This document shows positions 11,625 to 24,555 of a stretch of DNA of 64,000 nucleotides, in pieces (position 1 is the stretch's first letter; every line of letters begins with the position of its first letter). Origin of the DNA: Octopus sinensis (taxonomy: Eukaryota); assembly GCF_006345805.1 (NCBI RefSeq), contig NC_043010.1:39618001-39682000 (forward strand), given 5' to 3'. The notes under the pieces are model-generated. The model searched no databases and had not been told where the DNA came from. It worked only from the letters and a program-made list of their open reading frames with translations. A program made the position numbers and the translations under genes.

Positions 11625-12313
11625 TATAATAATGATAATAATAATAATAATAATAATACTGTATATTATTGGCACAAAGCCTGAAAATTTTGGAAGGTGT
11701 TAAGTCGATTATATTGACTCCACATTTGAACTGTAGTCGAGGCGTGTGTGATGCTGTATATGTGATACGTATATTGTGGCAGCCAGTAATGTTTTTTCTT
11801 TGTCTATAGTACTTATAGTTTTAGAAATAAATTACTGATAGAGGCACTAGACTTTAAAACTAAAGCAATATACATATATTGAGGTTGACTTGTTCAAATA
11901 TACCCTTGAAGGTGGTGTTCCTGCATGGCCGAAGGTCATTAACTAAAACAAGAAGCAGAATTAGTTTAAACTCTAGTATGTAACTTTTCATGAAGCTGAT
12001 TGATTTATGCTTTTTGTTTAGATTAATCGACATGTTGAATGCAATTCTTTGGACCTATTACCCTAACTATTCAAGAAAGAGAGAATTTCGCATAGCTTGT
12101 AGTTCACGACTTTTGCAATAGTATTAAAAGTACGTGGGAAGTAAAATGTGTTTGAACTTGTGAAGAACAAAAAAGCAAAATAAATAAAAATAATGACAGA
12201 GGGAATTGCAAATGGTATGTTATATAATGTAACTTGATCAATCAACTGAACTGCACTCGTTTCGTTACTAAGACATTAAGAAAAAATTCCCTATATGCAC
12301 GTACACACGCACG

Positions 12314-12403
<90 letters not shown>

Positions 12404-13080
12404 TATATATAATATATTTAATACATATATGTATATATATATAATACATATATGTATATGTACACATACATACGCATACACACACATATGTATCATAATA
12501 TTTATTAAGTTGGCAATGAAAAGACTTCATCTCCATAAACCAAGAAGAAAAGAAATGAAAGACGACTCCGTAATCAACGCTAATTATTGAACAAGGGAAA
12601 AAAAAGCATAATATCACCTATTGATAAGCTAATAACTGAACCGTGTGTTTGTCACGCCTGACAGAAAAACATTATAGATAGCAAAACGAAAGAAAGAATG
12701 AAAAGAATATGAAAGCAAATTAAACACATATTGAAAAGAGAACATGATATCGGGAGAATTAACTAAAAATTGCACCAGGATAACTCTGACGTATCCTATT
12801 AGACGTTAGTCTACTGATTTTTTGATGGTGTGTTTCTCAGTTTATTTCTTAACAATTACTTGTTTCAATGTTTTATTTCATTGTTTTACAACTTTGGAAG
12901 AAGCGATGGAAACACAATTTATAAAAATAAAAATAAACCCCCTCTGAATCAGATGACTATTTGCGATTGCCACATTTTATTGTGTACTTTGAATATTGCC
13001 TATGGGAGATATATTTTATAACACTATGTATTTTTTTTTTAGTGTTACCATTATTTATAAAAAACCGTAACCATACCGTA

Positions 13081-13489
13081 GGCGCAGGAGTGGCTGTGTG
13101 GTAAGTAGCTTGCTAACCAACCACATGGTTCCGGGTTCAATCCCACTGCGTGGCATCTTGGGCAAGTGTCTTCTGCTATAGCCCCGGGCCGACCAATGCC
13201 TTGTGAGTGGATTTGGTAGACGGAAACTGAAAGAAGCCTGTCGTATATATGTATATATATAAGTGTGTGTGTATATGTTTGTGTGTCTGTATTTGTCCCC
13301 CTAGCATTGCTTGACAACCGATGCTGGTGTGTTTACGTCCCCGTCACTTAGCGGTTCGGCAAAAGAGACCGATAGAACAAGTACTGGGCTTACAAAGAAT
13401 AAGTCCCGGGGTCGATTTGCTCGACTAAAGGCGGTGCTCCAGCATGGCCGCAGTCAAATGACTGAAACAAGTAAAAGAGTAAAAGAGTA
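13081..13489 (+). mobile_element. SINE family A, full length
   Basis: A box TGGCTGTGTGG, B box GGTTCAATCCC, internal TA/TG tract, AGTAAAAG tail repeats; near-identical to 17557-17957. Confidence 0.92.
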
Positions 13490-13699
13490 TACCGAATGCT
13501 GTTTAGTATGAAATTTTTGGCGATTTTGAATGCATCAATGTATATTTACATACATATACAGAAACATACATACGAGTATATATATAATTATGTGTGTGTG
13601 TGAGTGTGTGTGTCTGTGTATGTGTGTGTGTTTGTTTCACTGTAGCTCAAATTTACAAAAAACAAAAAACGAAGTCAAGTCTAGGAAAAACAAACTGGT

Positions 13700-13775
13700 C
13701 TATTAGTTGAACGCTCAGGAAAAATGGATGCCTTTAAGTTTCGAGCCTACGCTCTTCCGCAGGAAGAAGAAATGG
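13700..13775 (-). ncRNA. Variant minimal hammerhead in a pLTR-like remnant
   Basis: Minus strand CTGCGGA-AGAGC-GTAG-GCTC-GAAAC-TTA; A6 is C so activity doubtful; GAACGCTCAGGAA resembles the 40683/61462 repeat. Confidence 0.45.
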
Positions 13776-13922
13776 AGTATGAAAAAAAACGAAGATAGGA
13801 GTTCAACGGTCCAATATGGGGAGTGGGGAGATGACTGGAAAAATGAGGTTGAATGAAAGAGAGATAATAATAATAATAATGATGATGATAATAATAATAA
13901 GAAGAATAAGAATAATAATTAT

Positions 13923-13954
<32 letters not shown>

Positions 13955-13976
13955 GAAGAAGAAGAAGAAGAAGAAG

Positions 13977-14021
<45 letters not shown>

Positions 14022-15330
14022 GGTAAAGTTAATGGTCATCCCAACGAATAAAGATGCGTAAGCGTGTGTGGATGTGAGAATGGTGTGTCATAGTGTGTAT
14101 GTGTGAATAGGGCGAGTGAGTCTAACATGTCTGAATGTGTGTTGTATGTAACAGTTGATGTGCGCTTGTTCAGGTGGTGCGTGCACATCTGTATGTGTGT
14201 GTGGGTGTGTGACCAAGCAGTATGCATGTATATAGTGTATTGTTGTGGGCGGAAGTTATCTGTGCCTATGCATATGTGTGTTTATGCCTCTTGTGCGCGT
14301 GTATACATACAAAAGGTAAATAATTTTAAAAGAAAGCGGTTACTTGATATCATAGAACCGACTCCATTATTATTTGGCTAGCACTTTATGTTTTTGATGT
14401 TGAATGGGCAAAAGGTACAGCTGACCTTAGAGGTATTTGAACGCAGAATGTAATGATCTGAGGCATCTTTTTCTATGCTACTTTTTCTAGGAAATAACGA
14501 TTCTGTCAAATCATCACCATTGTGTTCGCAAGTCATAAATACAAAGAGTCCGAAACGAGGAATGAAATATAATGAAGCATGGAAGAGTTCAGACTAACAC
14601 ATTACAAAACCATTTGTTGTTCATTCGTTTCTTTATACATACATTCTTTGTGTGTCTTCTTTAGTCATGAGATTTTTGTATACTTTATTGTATATTTTAA
14701 TGTCATTAACACTTGAATAATATATACACGTGAATAAGTATTGCACACCAAACGCTTTATACCTTAATTTATGATATGGCCGTTATAAAGTTGAGTTATT
14801 ATTTTGTCAAATATGCAGTATTTAAAAATCGATATGTATATATATAAATGAGCTTCATGATTGTCGTTGATGTCATAATAATAACCAGACTATCTCAAAG
14901 TAACATTAAGAATAGACAGAAAGCAAATCACGATGAAGCTGACGAAATGTAATAAGATTTACAGAAGAATCATAAACATGAATTTGCTTTGAATAAATAG
15001 ATGAAAGAAAACGAAATATATAAAAAAAAAATTGACAAAAGATTAATGAGTATTTTGGTATTATGTTATTGATGAAAAAATAACGAGAAAACGAAAAACA
15101 CAAGCTTCAAGCGAACAAGGTTCTTTAAAGAACATACTTTCGATAAAGAATAAGACAAAAAAAACTGAACGACAGAAAGAAAGAAAGGAAAGAAGAAAAC
15201 GAATTATGGTATACACATCAAAGTGTTTAATATATTACATAGAATATTACATTGAAAACCGTTCGGAGCACAAGGAATATAATGTCATTTTGACGGCACA
15301 TCTATCTTTCTTTCTTTCTCTCTCCCTGTC

Positions 15331-15361
<31 letters not shown>

Positions 15362-15383
15362 GTGTGTGTATATGTATGTATAT

Positions 15384-15419
<36 letters not shown>

Positions 15420-15556
15420 CTATAATGTTCATAAGTGCATATACATATACAAAGTTCATAAGTGTATACACACACCCATATACATAAAATAGATACCATC
15501 TATGTGTAGAATATGTACAGTTATGCGCATCTGTGTGTGTATGTAAATATATATAT

Positions 15557-15645
<89 letters not shown>

Positions 15646-15892
15646 TATGTAATTCTACAACGACTACAATTGCACACACACTTCACACTGCTTTAATGAA
15701 TTGTTTAACGCACCGGTCTGTATGAATTTAGATGGCGTAATCGCACCAATCGCCAAAAAGTCATTTTTACGATGAAATTTCGATTCTTACTCGCTGCGAT
15801 TTGCACAAAATTGTTGTATATTTGTATTTGATAATTCGTATACGTATGTGTTCATAACACATCTGCCAAGTTTTCTTTCGTTAGACTGTGCT

Positions 15893-16070
15893 TTTCTCTT
15901 TTTCCGTTTACTTGTTTCAGTTATTCGATTACGACCATGCTGGAGTACTACATTTTAGCCGAAGATATTGACCACGAAGATTGTTCTTTGTCAGCGTGGT
16001 ACTTATTCTAACTGGATCTTTTTGCTGAATCGCTAATTTACGGGAACGTAACCAACGGTTGTCAAGCGTT
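15893..16070 (-). mobile_element. SINE family A, 3' part, diverged
   Basis: TTTACTTGTTTCAGTTATTCGATTACGACCATGCTGGAG...GGTTGTCAAGCG. Confidence 0.7.
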
Positions 16071-16224
16071 AATTGTGGTGCTCGTGCGGGTAAACACAGA
16101 TACAAAGACATGCACATACACACGCACACAAATATGTATATATATATACATACATATGCACTATACTTACATATAAATATATATATATACATACAGATAG
16201 ACATTTATAAATATATATACTCAG

Positions 16225-16450
16225 AAACTTGAGTCCGTGTGTTTCATACCAGGTTGAAGATGGGAAGGATGGCATCCCTTTGCAAATACTGATAGGGCAC
16301 AGAAAGGGTGTCTATAGCCAGCTGGAGGAGATGTCCTACTGGGGCTACAAGCTACAATAATAACCACCGTTAAGGGTTAGACACATCTATGTGGCAAATA
16401 TACTTCACGGTGTTGTGCAGCTACTGTTTATACCTCGCTCAGAGATTTAT
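16225..16450. repeat. Single diverged copy of the repeat forming the 56237-56564 hairpin
   Basis: GGATGGCATCCCTTTGCAAATACTGATAGGGCACAG..GCCAGCTGGAG..TGGGGCTACAAGCTACA matches one hairpin arm. Confidence 0.7.
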
Positions 16451-16454
16451 ATTA

Positions 16455-16508
<54 letters not shown>

Positions 16509-16515
16509 TAGATAG

Positions 16516-16566
<51 letters not shown>

Positions 16567-16589
16567 AGATAGATAGATAGATAGATAGA

Positions 16590-16745
16590 TAAGTTTCTTT
16601 ATTGGCCACACAGGGCTGCACACGATGGGACAAGTTACAAGGTAGAGCTTTTCTTTTGGGGGATGAAGAAAATAAAAAAAAGGGGGATGGCGTAGGTTTT
16701 CGATCAAGAGGGATCGTAAAAGGGAAGAAAAGAACAAAATAAATA
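16590..16745 (-). mobile_element. Probable LINE 3' end inside (GATA)n
   Basis: Minus strand ...CAGCCCTGTGTGGCCAATAAAGAAACT runs directly into (TATC)n; tetranucleotide repeat on both sides. Confidence 0.45.
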
Positions 16746-16793
16746 AATAAATAAATAAAATAAAAAATAAAAAGAATAAAGAAAGAGAAAAAA

Positions 16794-16843
<50 letters not shown>

Positions 16844-16889
16844 GGATAGATATATAGACAAATAGACAGACAGACAGACAGACAAACAT

Positions 16890-16924
<35 letters not shown>

Positions 16925-17556
16925 TATAGATAGATAGATAGATAGATAGATAGGTAGATAGATAGATAGATAGATAGATAGATATACACATATATACATT
17001 TAATAGCTGCATGTGTAGTAAATATGATCACTTTCATAATATTTCGTACTTTTTGCTGTATATCGCATTTTACTTAGTGCCGTTCTATGATTTATTTCGT
17101 GTGGTCTTTTACGGCTAACAACAATGAAGATAAAGGCTTTGATAGAAATTACATTTCGTCAATGTTTGGCATCACATAAATAATATTATATCATTGATAG
17201 CGTGCACATGAAAATTATAAATAAACTAAAATGTGACAAATACCTAGCGATAACACAAAAGCTAGGATATACTATTCTAATTGTTTAAATGTACAGTTTA
17301 TGTTTCGGACGCATGTAAAATTTTAAATATCTTTTCATTTTTTCGGGAGCCGTTTCAATAGATATGCGTGCAGGTTTGTGTGTTTGTGTGTGTTTGCGTC
17401 GGTTATTTCTGAAATGGCAAAACACTCCATAAATTGCGACAGCTACCCTACAGAGTTCACATTGCAAAAACGCGCACACGAACACATGCATATATATACA
17501 CATGACATGCATATACATACATGCATGTACAAACACAAACATACACACACACACAT

Positions 17557-17957
17557 GAGTGGCTGTGTGGTAAGTAGCTTGCTAACCAACCACATGGTTC
17601 CGGATTCAGTCCCACTACGTGGCATCTTGGGCAAATGTCTTCTGCTATAGCCCCGGGCCGACCAATGCCTTGTGGGTGGATTTGGTAGACGGAAACTGAA
17701 AGAAGCCTGTCGTATATATGTATATATATGTATATGTATGTGTGTGTGTTTGTGTGTCTGTAGTTGTCCCCCCAGCATTGCTTGACAACCGATGCTGGTC
17801 TGTTTACGTCCCTGTCAATTAGCGGTTCGGCAAAAAAGGCGGATAGAATAAGTACTGGGCTTAGAAAGAATAAGTCCCGGCGTCGATTTGCTCGACTAAA
17901 GGCGGTGCTCCAGCATAGCCGCAGTCAAATGACTGAAACAAGTAAAAGAGTAAAGAG
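17557..17957 (+). mobile_element. SINE family A, full length
   Basis: Near-identical to 13081-13489. Confidence 0.92.
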
Positions 17958-18262
17958 TTCATATATATATATATATATACAGACATACATATATGTATGT
18001 ATGTGTGTATTTATCTATCTATATATCTCTCTATATATCTATATATATATATATATATGAAATAGAAAGATGAATAATCTTGTAGTAGATTAATCAAAAG
18101 TTTAACGATACCTTAGTAGCAAAAATCACAGCAGTAAACAGCACGGTTGGAGGTACAACCATCTGGCGTTGTGCAACCGTGCGTGGTGTGGATAATTGAA
18201 ATTAAAACATTATGGTGAATTGAGAAATGGAGCTGAACGCAGATTGAACAGAAATCGTTTTA

Positions 18263-18356
18263 TTTCATTCTACACGTGTTTGTTTCGAAAGGCACAAATT
18301 ACCAAAATCCGATTGAATAATGGGACATATTGTGTCTTTCTCTTCAGGAAGAAAAA
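18263..18356 (-). ncRNA. Type I hammerhead ribozyme (downstream pLTR, same sense as ORF)
   Basis: TTTCTTC-CTGAAGA-GAAAGACACAA..TTGTGCCTTTC-GAAAC-AAACACGT-GTA-GAATGAAA; stem II pairs 10 of 11. Confidence 0.82.
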
Positions 18357-18698
18357 AGGAAATCCGTTGGAAAAAAAAAAAAAAAAACAGAACAGGGCGG
18401 AGCAAAAACAAATCGACCTGTGCTCCTAAGAGCCCATGGCGAAACTGTTTATCAGTGTTATGTGAGAACCGGTGGCTGAAGAATTCAACGGGTCAGGCAT
18501 CGGTCAATCATGTGGGTGAGGGTGTATAGATGTTCTTTGTGACCGAGAATAAAGTTCTGACTATTTAAGGAATATTGGATGTTTTATAAGGGGCGAGAAA
18601 AAATCTACTTAGAGACGTGTGTGTGTGTATACTGTTCTATAAAGGCTATTTCAGAATTTGTTACCAAGGGCTATGGGTGCCGGTATTATTTATCAACG

Positions 18699-19148
18699 CT
18701 ATTTAAAAGCCAGATAAGTGTAACGCCGCCAATGGGGGCATCGAAAAGCCGACTGTAAGAGCCCGTTTACCATCCGGCCTCTGGCAAACAAAATATGGAA
18801 GAGTTCGGAGACACAAAGGTTGCACTGTCTTCTGCCCCTATCAAATGGGAGGGCCACCGACAAAATTGACCATTCCAGCCTATAGCTTAAGTTCGCATCC
18901 TTCAGTCGCCATATTAGCTTACTGAGTCCCGTGGTCTGGCGCTTGTTCACGTCCCGAAAAGTTGCGTAATGGTTGGAGACACGCAAAGACAATCTTGAGG
19001 ATGATGCCCCTACATAAGTGAAGGCATCTGAGTCCGTGTAAACCTTGCATTGGTAGACGGCGTTTTTGATCTTGGAGTTCGCCGACAAAAAATGTTTTCT
19101 ACCCCTACGCCAACACACACATATATAGAACAGTATACACACACACAC
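18699..19148 (-). CDS. GIY-YIG endonuclease of Penelope-like type (no RT; no in-frame ATG)
   Basis: NAVY..TYVG..SLRVSNH..LSKLIWRLKD..EWSIL..CNLCVSE..MVN..RCPH; VY/YVG, Arg, Glu and Asn motif residues present; no stops. Confidence 0.88.
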   Translation of the reverse strand: MCVCILFYICVCWRRGRKHFLSANSKIKNAVYQCKVYTDSDAFTYVGASSSRLSLRVSNHYATFRDVNKRQTTGLSKLIWRLKDANLSYRLEWSILSVALPFDRGRRQCNLCVSELFHILFARGRMVNGLLQSAFRCPHWRRYTYLAFK

Positions 19149-19404
19149 GTCTCTAAGTAGATTTTTTCTCGCCCCTTATAAAACATCCAATATTCCTTAA
19201 ATAGTCAGAACTTTATTCTCGGTCACAAAGAACATCTATACACCCTCACCCACATGATTGACCGATGCCTGACCCGTTGAATTCTTCAGCCACCGGTTCT
19301 CAACATACACTGATAAACAGTTTCGCCATGGGCTCTTAGGAGCACAGGTCGATTTGTTTTTTGCTCCGCCTCTGTTCTGTTTTTGTTTTTCCAACGGATT
19401 TCCT

Positions 19405-19499
19405 TTTTTCTTCCTGAAGAGAAAGACACAATATGGTCCCATTATTCAATCGGATTTTGGTAATTTGTGCCTTTCGAAACAAACACGTGTAGAATGAAA
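19405..19499 (+). ncRNA. Type I hammerhead ribozyme (inverted pLTR copy)
   Basis: CTGAAGA 19414-19420, stem II 19421-19431/19465-19475, GAAAC 19476-19480, GTA site 19489-19491. Confidence 0.82.
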
Positions 19500-19556
19500 T
19501 AAAACGATTTCTGTTCAATCTGCGTTCAGCTCCATTTCTTCAATTCACCAATAATG

Positions 19557-19598
<42 letters not shown>

Positions 19599-21629
19599 CA
19601 TATATATGCATGTAAATATTCATTATATCATCTTTAACAAGTTATGCATTAACCTAAAGGCTAAACGTATGTATATGTCACCACACCATGAAGTCTCTAG
19701 TGTCTGAATGAGCTGTGAAATCCCCATATGAAAAATGATAACAAGGTTATTTTTTATTAAATATGGTGCTACAATCTCTTGGGAATGCTAAGCTTTAAAA
19801 GTCACAGTTACACTGTCTGTAATTTTTTCTTTCTTCCTTTAATGTTGTGAACCATTGCACTCTTATATATGTCACTCAAAATTTATTTCCAGCGTTAAGT
19901 GGTGACGGCACCCCACAGTAATTAAAATATATGAAGATCAAAATGTTATGTGCGTCTAATAATCTAAATGTCATTCCAATCATCTGATCATTGTTAATTT
20001 TTTTTTCTATTTTTTTTTTGAGATTACTATCACTTGTCACTTTTTTAATCAATTAATATGCCGCATTAGTAGAACTAATCAATTATAAAAGCATACTGAT
20101 ATAATTTTATCGAATCTTGGTTTTTATCTTGCTGTTTCCGTTTTCCTAGTTTAATTCATGCTTTAACACTTTTATGAAGCGAATAATAAGATTCAACAAG
20201 CAGAGGCGGAAGGAAACACAAATTAACTACGACCTCGCTCTTCTACATAAAAGTGCACTGTTTAGTTAGAAATAACAGAAATGTGGTTAAGCAAGCCTTA
20301 AATATATTAGTCTCATGGTTAAGGCAACACTGACAATTCATAATTAGTTAGAATTTCTACTCTTAGGCACAACCAACCAAGTCATCAAATTATTTACTTT
20401 ATCCACCGCATATATGAGATGAATATTTTAAAATTGATTACTGTCTTTTTATTTCGAAGCTGTACCAGGACATTGATAGCTCGTTCAGTTTATCTAAGCC
20501 GAGATGTTCGAGCGAATACAATGGGCTCTATCCCACAATTTATTCACTCTATTGCATGTTCTTTTTTTTTTACAGCAGGTGTGTTCCATTTCCACCTTTT
20601 GCTCGAAACTGACCTTATTAACTAATGCTAATATTTTTCTTATCTCTTTTCTAAATGTTGAAAAGATACGATATGAATAGCTTATTAGACTTGAGAAGAA
20701 TTTGTTGCCCATAACGTTTTCGAATATTAACACAACCGTCACTCCGCTTGCAACTTCACATCAATAGATGTGTATCAAACATTTCAAAGTGGCCCCCGTA
20801 CCTAGTTACTAAGATATTAATCAAAACTTGTAAAGCATCTGCTCCATTCACATGATTTAAATTAACTATCGGTATTCCGGTTCGGAGAGAAAAGAAATGT
20901 TCGATTATTAGAAGCAAGATTAATAAGATTCCAGCAGAGCGAAATATCTTTATTTGGAATTAAATAATCTTTAAGACAATCTTAAGCATGTTTCTCATTG
21001 CTTCGGACTCTAGGGACGTTAATGACGAAATTAAAGATGATTCTGGTTAAGATTCCACAACACTCTGGGCATTCCAGGTCATTATGGATGATTGGGCTGT
21101 GCATCGTGCTATATACACCGAATGTAATTGCCTCATTTCTTAATTAAAGATTTCAAGTCATAATTAAATTAATGATTTGCAGGTGTGAGAACAGATTAGT
21201 ACCATGATATTTATTCATAACGATCTTGGCCGTTTGTAAGTGTTCATTTATTCCCATGAGCAATTATGTATGCAATTATGTTCGACTGCGCAAGTGCACT
21301 GGTCATGCTTAATTGAAAAATTATTAATATAAACAATTTAAATGAAACTTGCATCTTAGGGCGATAATATGAAATACCCATCTAGCTAACGACGCAATTA
21401 CAGTATTATTGTACATAATAATTAACCAAAGTTTCATATCCTATCAGGGTTATTTTTTTGCTATTTCGGCACAGGATATTTCCTAATAAACATCTGAATT
21501 TATATAGCTCTAACGTTTTTGCATTCAGATTGCTCTGCCAAATGTAATGCCTATTAATGCAGGTTGTTTTGAAATAATCATGCATTATATCGCAGCTTCG
21601 AGATTTCAACGAGAAAATGATTTGTTTTT

Positions 21630-21700
21630 AGAATGAGAGAAGCTAGATCTGGATGGTTTGAACATAGAAGAGATCGAATATTTTGGCCAGATATGGTTGG
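21630..21700 (+). pseudogene. Tiny RTE-like RT C-terminal remnant
   Basis: Reads MREARSGWFEHRRD, similar to the recalled MRExRLRWFGHVxRR motif of RTE LINEs. Confidence 0.25.
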
Positions 21701-22589
21701 TGTACATGCTACAGGATTTAATAAGCACTTCTGAAATAATAAGTTTTCCAGTCAGCGGGACAAGTGAGTATTTCTGTAATGTAGAGAAGAAGGAAATAAA
21801 TTGTGTTTAGAGCACGATATTGACACATACGCGCAGACACAGACGAACATACACACAGGCACACACACATACTCACATAAACATGCACACATACACGCGG
21901 ACACAAACAAACACGTACATACATACACACACACATACTCATATACACATGCGTACGTACACGCAGACACAGACGAACACATACACATACACACAGACAC
22001 ACACACACATACTGTAAATAATATATGGCAAGAAAGTTCAGGTGTATGCATGAGTACAAGAGTAGAGGTGTAAGGAGCTGTTGCATGGTGGGTGGGGAAA
22101 ATGAAAGCGAAAGTAAGAAATCAGATTACGAGGTATTAAATATACGCGACACTAGGCAGATAATTAAGAAGGATTAAAAAGTGTATTTGACGGTGACGAG
22201 GACATAGTGAAAGAGATTTAGGAAGGGGGGGGGGCACATGGAAAAATAAGAGGAAGGGGATTATTGTGACGTATGCTCATGTGACAGTGAAAGGCCAACT
22301 TGTATACGCATATACATACTTACACTCGGAGAGACAGACGGAGAGGCAGACATAAAACACGCTCGCGCACATGAATACACACAAAGACTCACGCATATAA
22401 ATGTCCATTATCAGTAACTACATACATTCAATAGAACAAGTTACATGTAATGTATACCAAGCACTTGCTGGGAGCGGTGCACTATAGTCTCTAAAAACCC
22501 CAGGGTAGATATTCTTTTTAAGCTTGATGCTTTTTTGTCTGTTGATTCGTCTCACGGGTAATTAGCATATATGCATAAACAGCCGCACA

Positions 22590-22647
<58 letters not shown>

Positions 22648-22648
22648 G

Positions 22649-22720
<72 letters not shown>

Positions 22721-22882
22721 TTATCATTATCATCATCATCATCATCATTATTATTATTATCATCATTATTATTATTATTATTATTACTATTTTTTTAATG
22801 CTTTTTTGTTTGTTAATTCGTCTCACGGGTAATTAGCATATATGCATAAACAGCCGCACATATTATTATTATTATTATTATT

Positions 22883-23437
22883 CAGTGAGAGAGCAGTTCA
22901 TGCCATCAAAGTGACACTGGGGTAAAATATACGAAGCCCAATATACCCATCATGACTACCCGTCTGATAAGGGTACACCAGGCACATGCATCACAACCAT
23001 ATGTGCGCGACATGGTGATTTCATATCAAGATAAACAGCACATGACCTTGATGGGGCCCAGTTAGAATTTTCTTCAGGTTGAGTAGCCCATCCCACTCAA
23101 AAGGTCCCTGAATAAGGATTGTTTAAGGATGTTGAAAGAACCACCCCTGTTTCCAGAGGTGAATTATTCAAACCCCAAAGAATCCCTCTCAACACATGGC
23201 TATGATGCTCCCCCACTACTTCTGCTCGTGATCAGAGATGCACATATCGTCAGCTACTAAGGGAAATGCTCAACTGGTTAAGGTCAAACACCTGACAAGC
23301 AAATCTGTGGTATTGAGCAGAATATTTGCTGCAGCCCATCTTATATACCAAGACAAAACAATGTACGTGATAACACTTGCAATCAGTTAAGATCAGAAGC
23401 CATGAAAGCCACTGCCTGGTACTGCATCAGGGCATTT
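22883..23437 (+). mobile_element. Element D in (ATT)n
   Basis: AGTGAGAGAGCAGTTCATGCC...GGTACTGCATCAGGGCATTT with (ATT)n both sides. Confidence 0.9.
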
Positions 23438-23664
23438 ATTATTATATTATTATTATTATTATTATTATTATATTATTATTATTATATTATTTTTTATTAT
23501 TATTATCATTATCATCATCATCATCATCATCATTATTATTATATCATCATTATTATTATTATTATTATTACTATTTTTTTAATGCTTTTTTGTTTGTTAA
23601 TTCGTCTCACGGTAATTAGCATATATGCATAAACAGCCGCACATATTATTATTATTATTATATT

Positions 23665-24219
23665 CAGTGAGAGAGCAGTTCATGCCATCAAAGTGACACT
23701 GGGGTAAAATATACGAAGCCCAATATACCCATCATGACTACCGTCTGATAAGGGTTACACCAGGCACATGCATCACAACCATATGTGCGCGACATGGTGA
23801 TTTCATATCAAGATAAACAGCACATGACCTTGATGGGGCCCAGTTAGAATTTTCTTCAGGTTGAGTAGCCCATCCCACTCAAAAGGTCCCTGAATAAGGA
23901 TTGTTTAAGGATGTTGAAAGAACCACCCCTGTTTCCAGAGGTGAATTATTCAAACCCCAAAGAATCCCTCTCAACACATGGCTATGATGCTCCCCCACTA
24001 CTTCTGCTCGTGATCAGAGATGCACATATCGTCAGCTACTAAGGGAAATGCTCAACTGGTTAAGGTCAAACACCTGACAAGCAAATCTGTGGTATTGAGC
24101 AGAATATTTGCTGCAGCCCATCTTATATACCAAGACAAAACAATGTACGTGATAACACTTGCAATCAGTTAAGATCAGAAGCCATGAAAGCCACTGCCTG
24201 GTACTGCATCAGGGCATTT
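23665..24219 (+). mobile_element. Element D, tandem duplicate of 22883-23437
   Basis: Shares that copy's private variants and the ~70-bp upstream spacer. Confidence 0.9.
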
Positions 24220-24237
24220 ATTATTATTATTATTTTA

Positions 24238-24274
<37 letters not shown>

Positions 24275-24421
24275 GTTATTATTATTATTATTATCATTAC
24301 TACTATTATCATTATCATCATTAATATTATTATTATTATTATTATCATCATCATCATCATCATCATCATTATTATTATTATTATCATTATTATTATTATT
24401 ATTATATCATCATTAATATTA

Positions 24422-24452
<31 letters not shown>

Positions 24453-24481
24453 CATCATCATTAATATCATTATTATTATTA

Positions 24482-24515
<34 letters not shown>

Positions 24516-24517
24516 GA

Positions 24518-24555
<38 letters not shown>

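Larger units (their letters stand above)
18059..19558 (-). mobile_element. Penelope-like element: inverted pLTR + GIY-YIG ORF + pLTR and tail, inserted in (TA)n
   Basis: Inverted arms 18206-18641 and 19124-19558, an HHR in each, GIY-YIG ORF between, 147-bp unpaired tail 18059-18205, (TA)n on both flanks. Confidence 0.88.

Noticed and set aside
12620-12660. Minus-strand polypyrimidine tract and 40-nt exon-like segment
   Set aside because: Stops in all three frames
13081-13150. tRNA-like sequence with A/B boxes (also at other SINE heads)
   Set aside because: No full cloverleaf; continues into SINE body
16255-16380. Twister-like words (GGAG, TACAAGC, TAAC)
   Set aside because: Order and pairings do not fit a twister fold by eye
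18196-18529. Short basic ORFs in the inverted arms
   Set aside because: Frames differ between arms and overlap the HHR antisense; no motif
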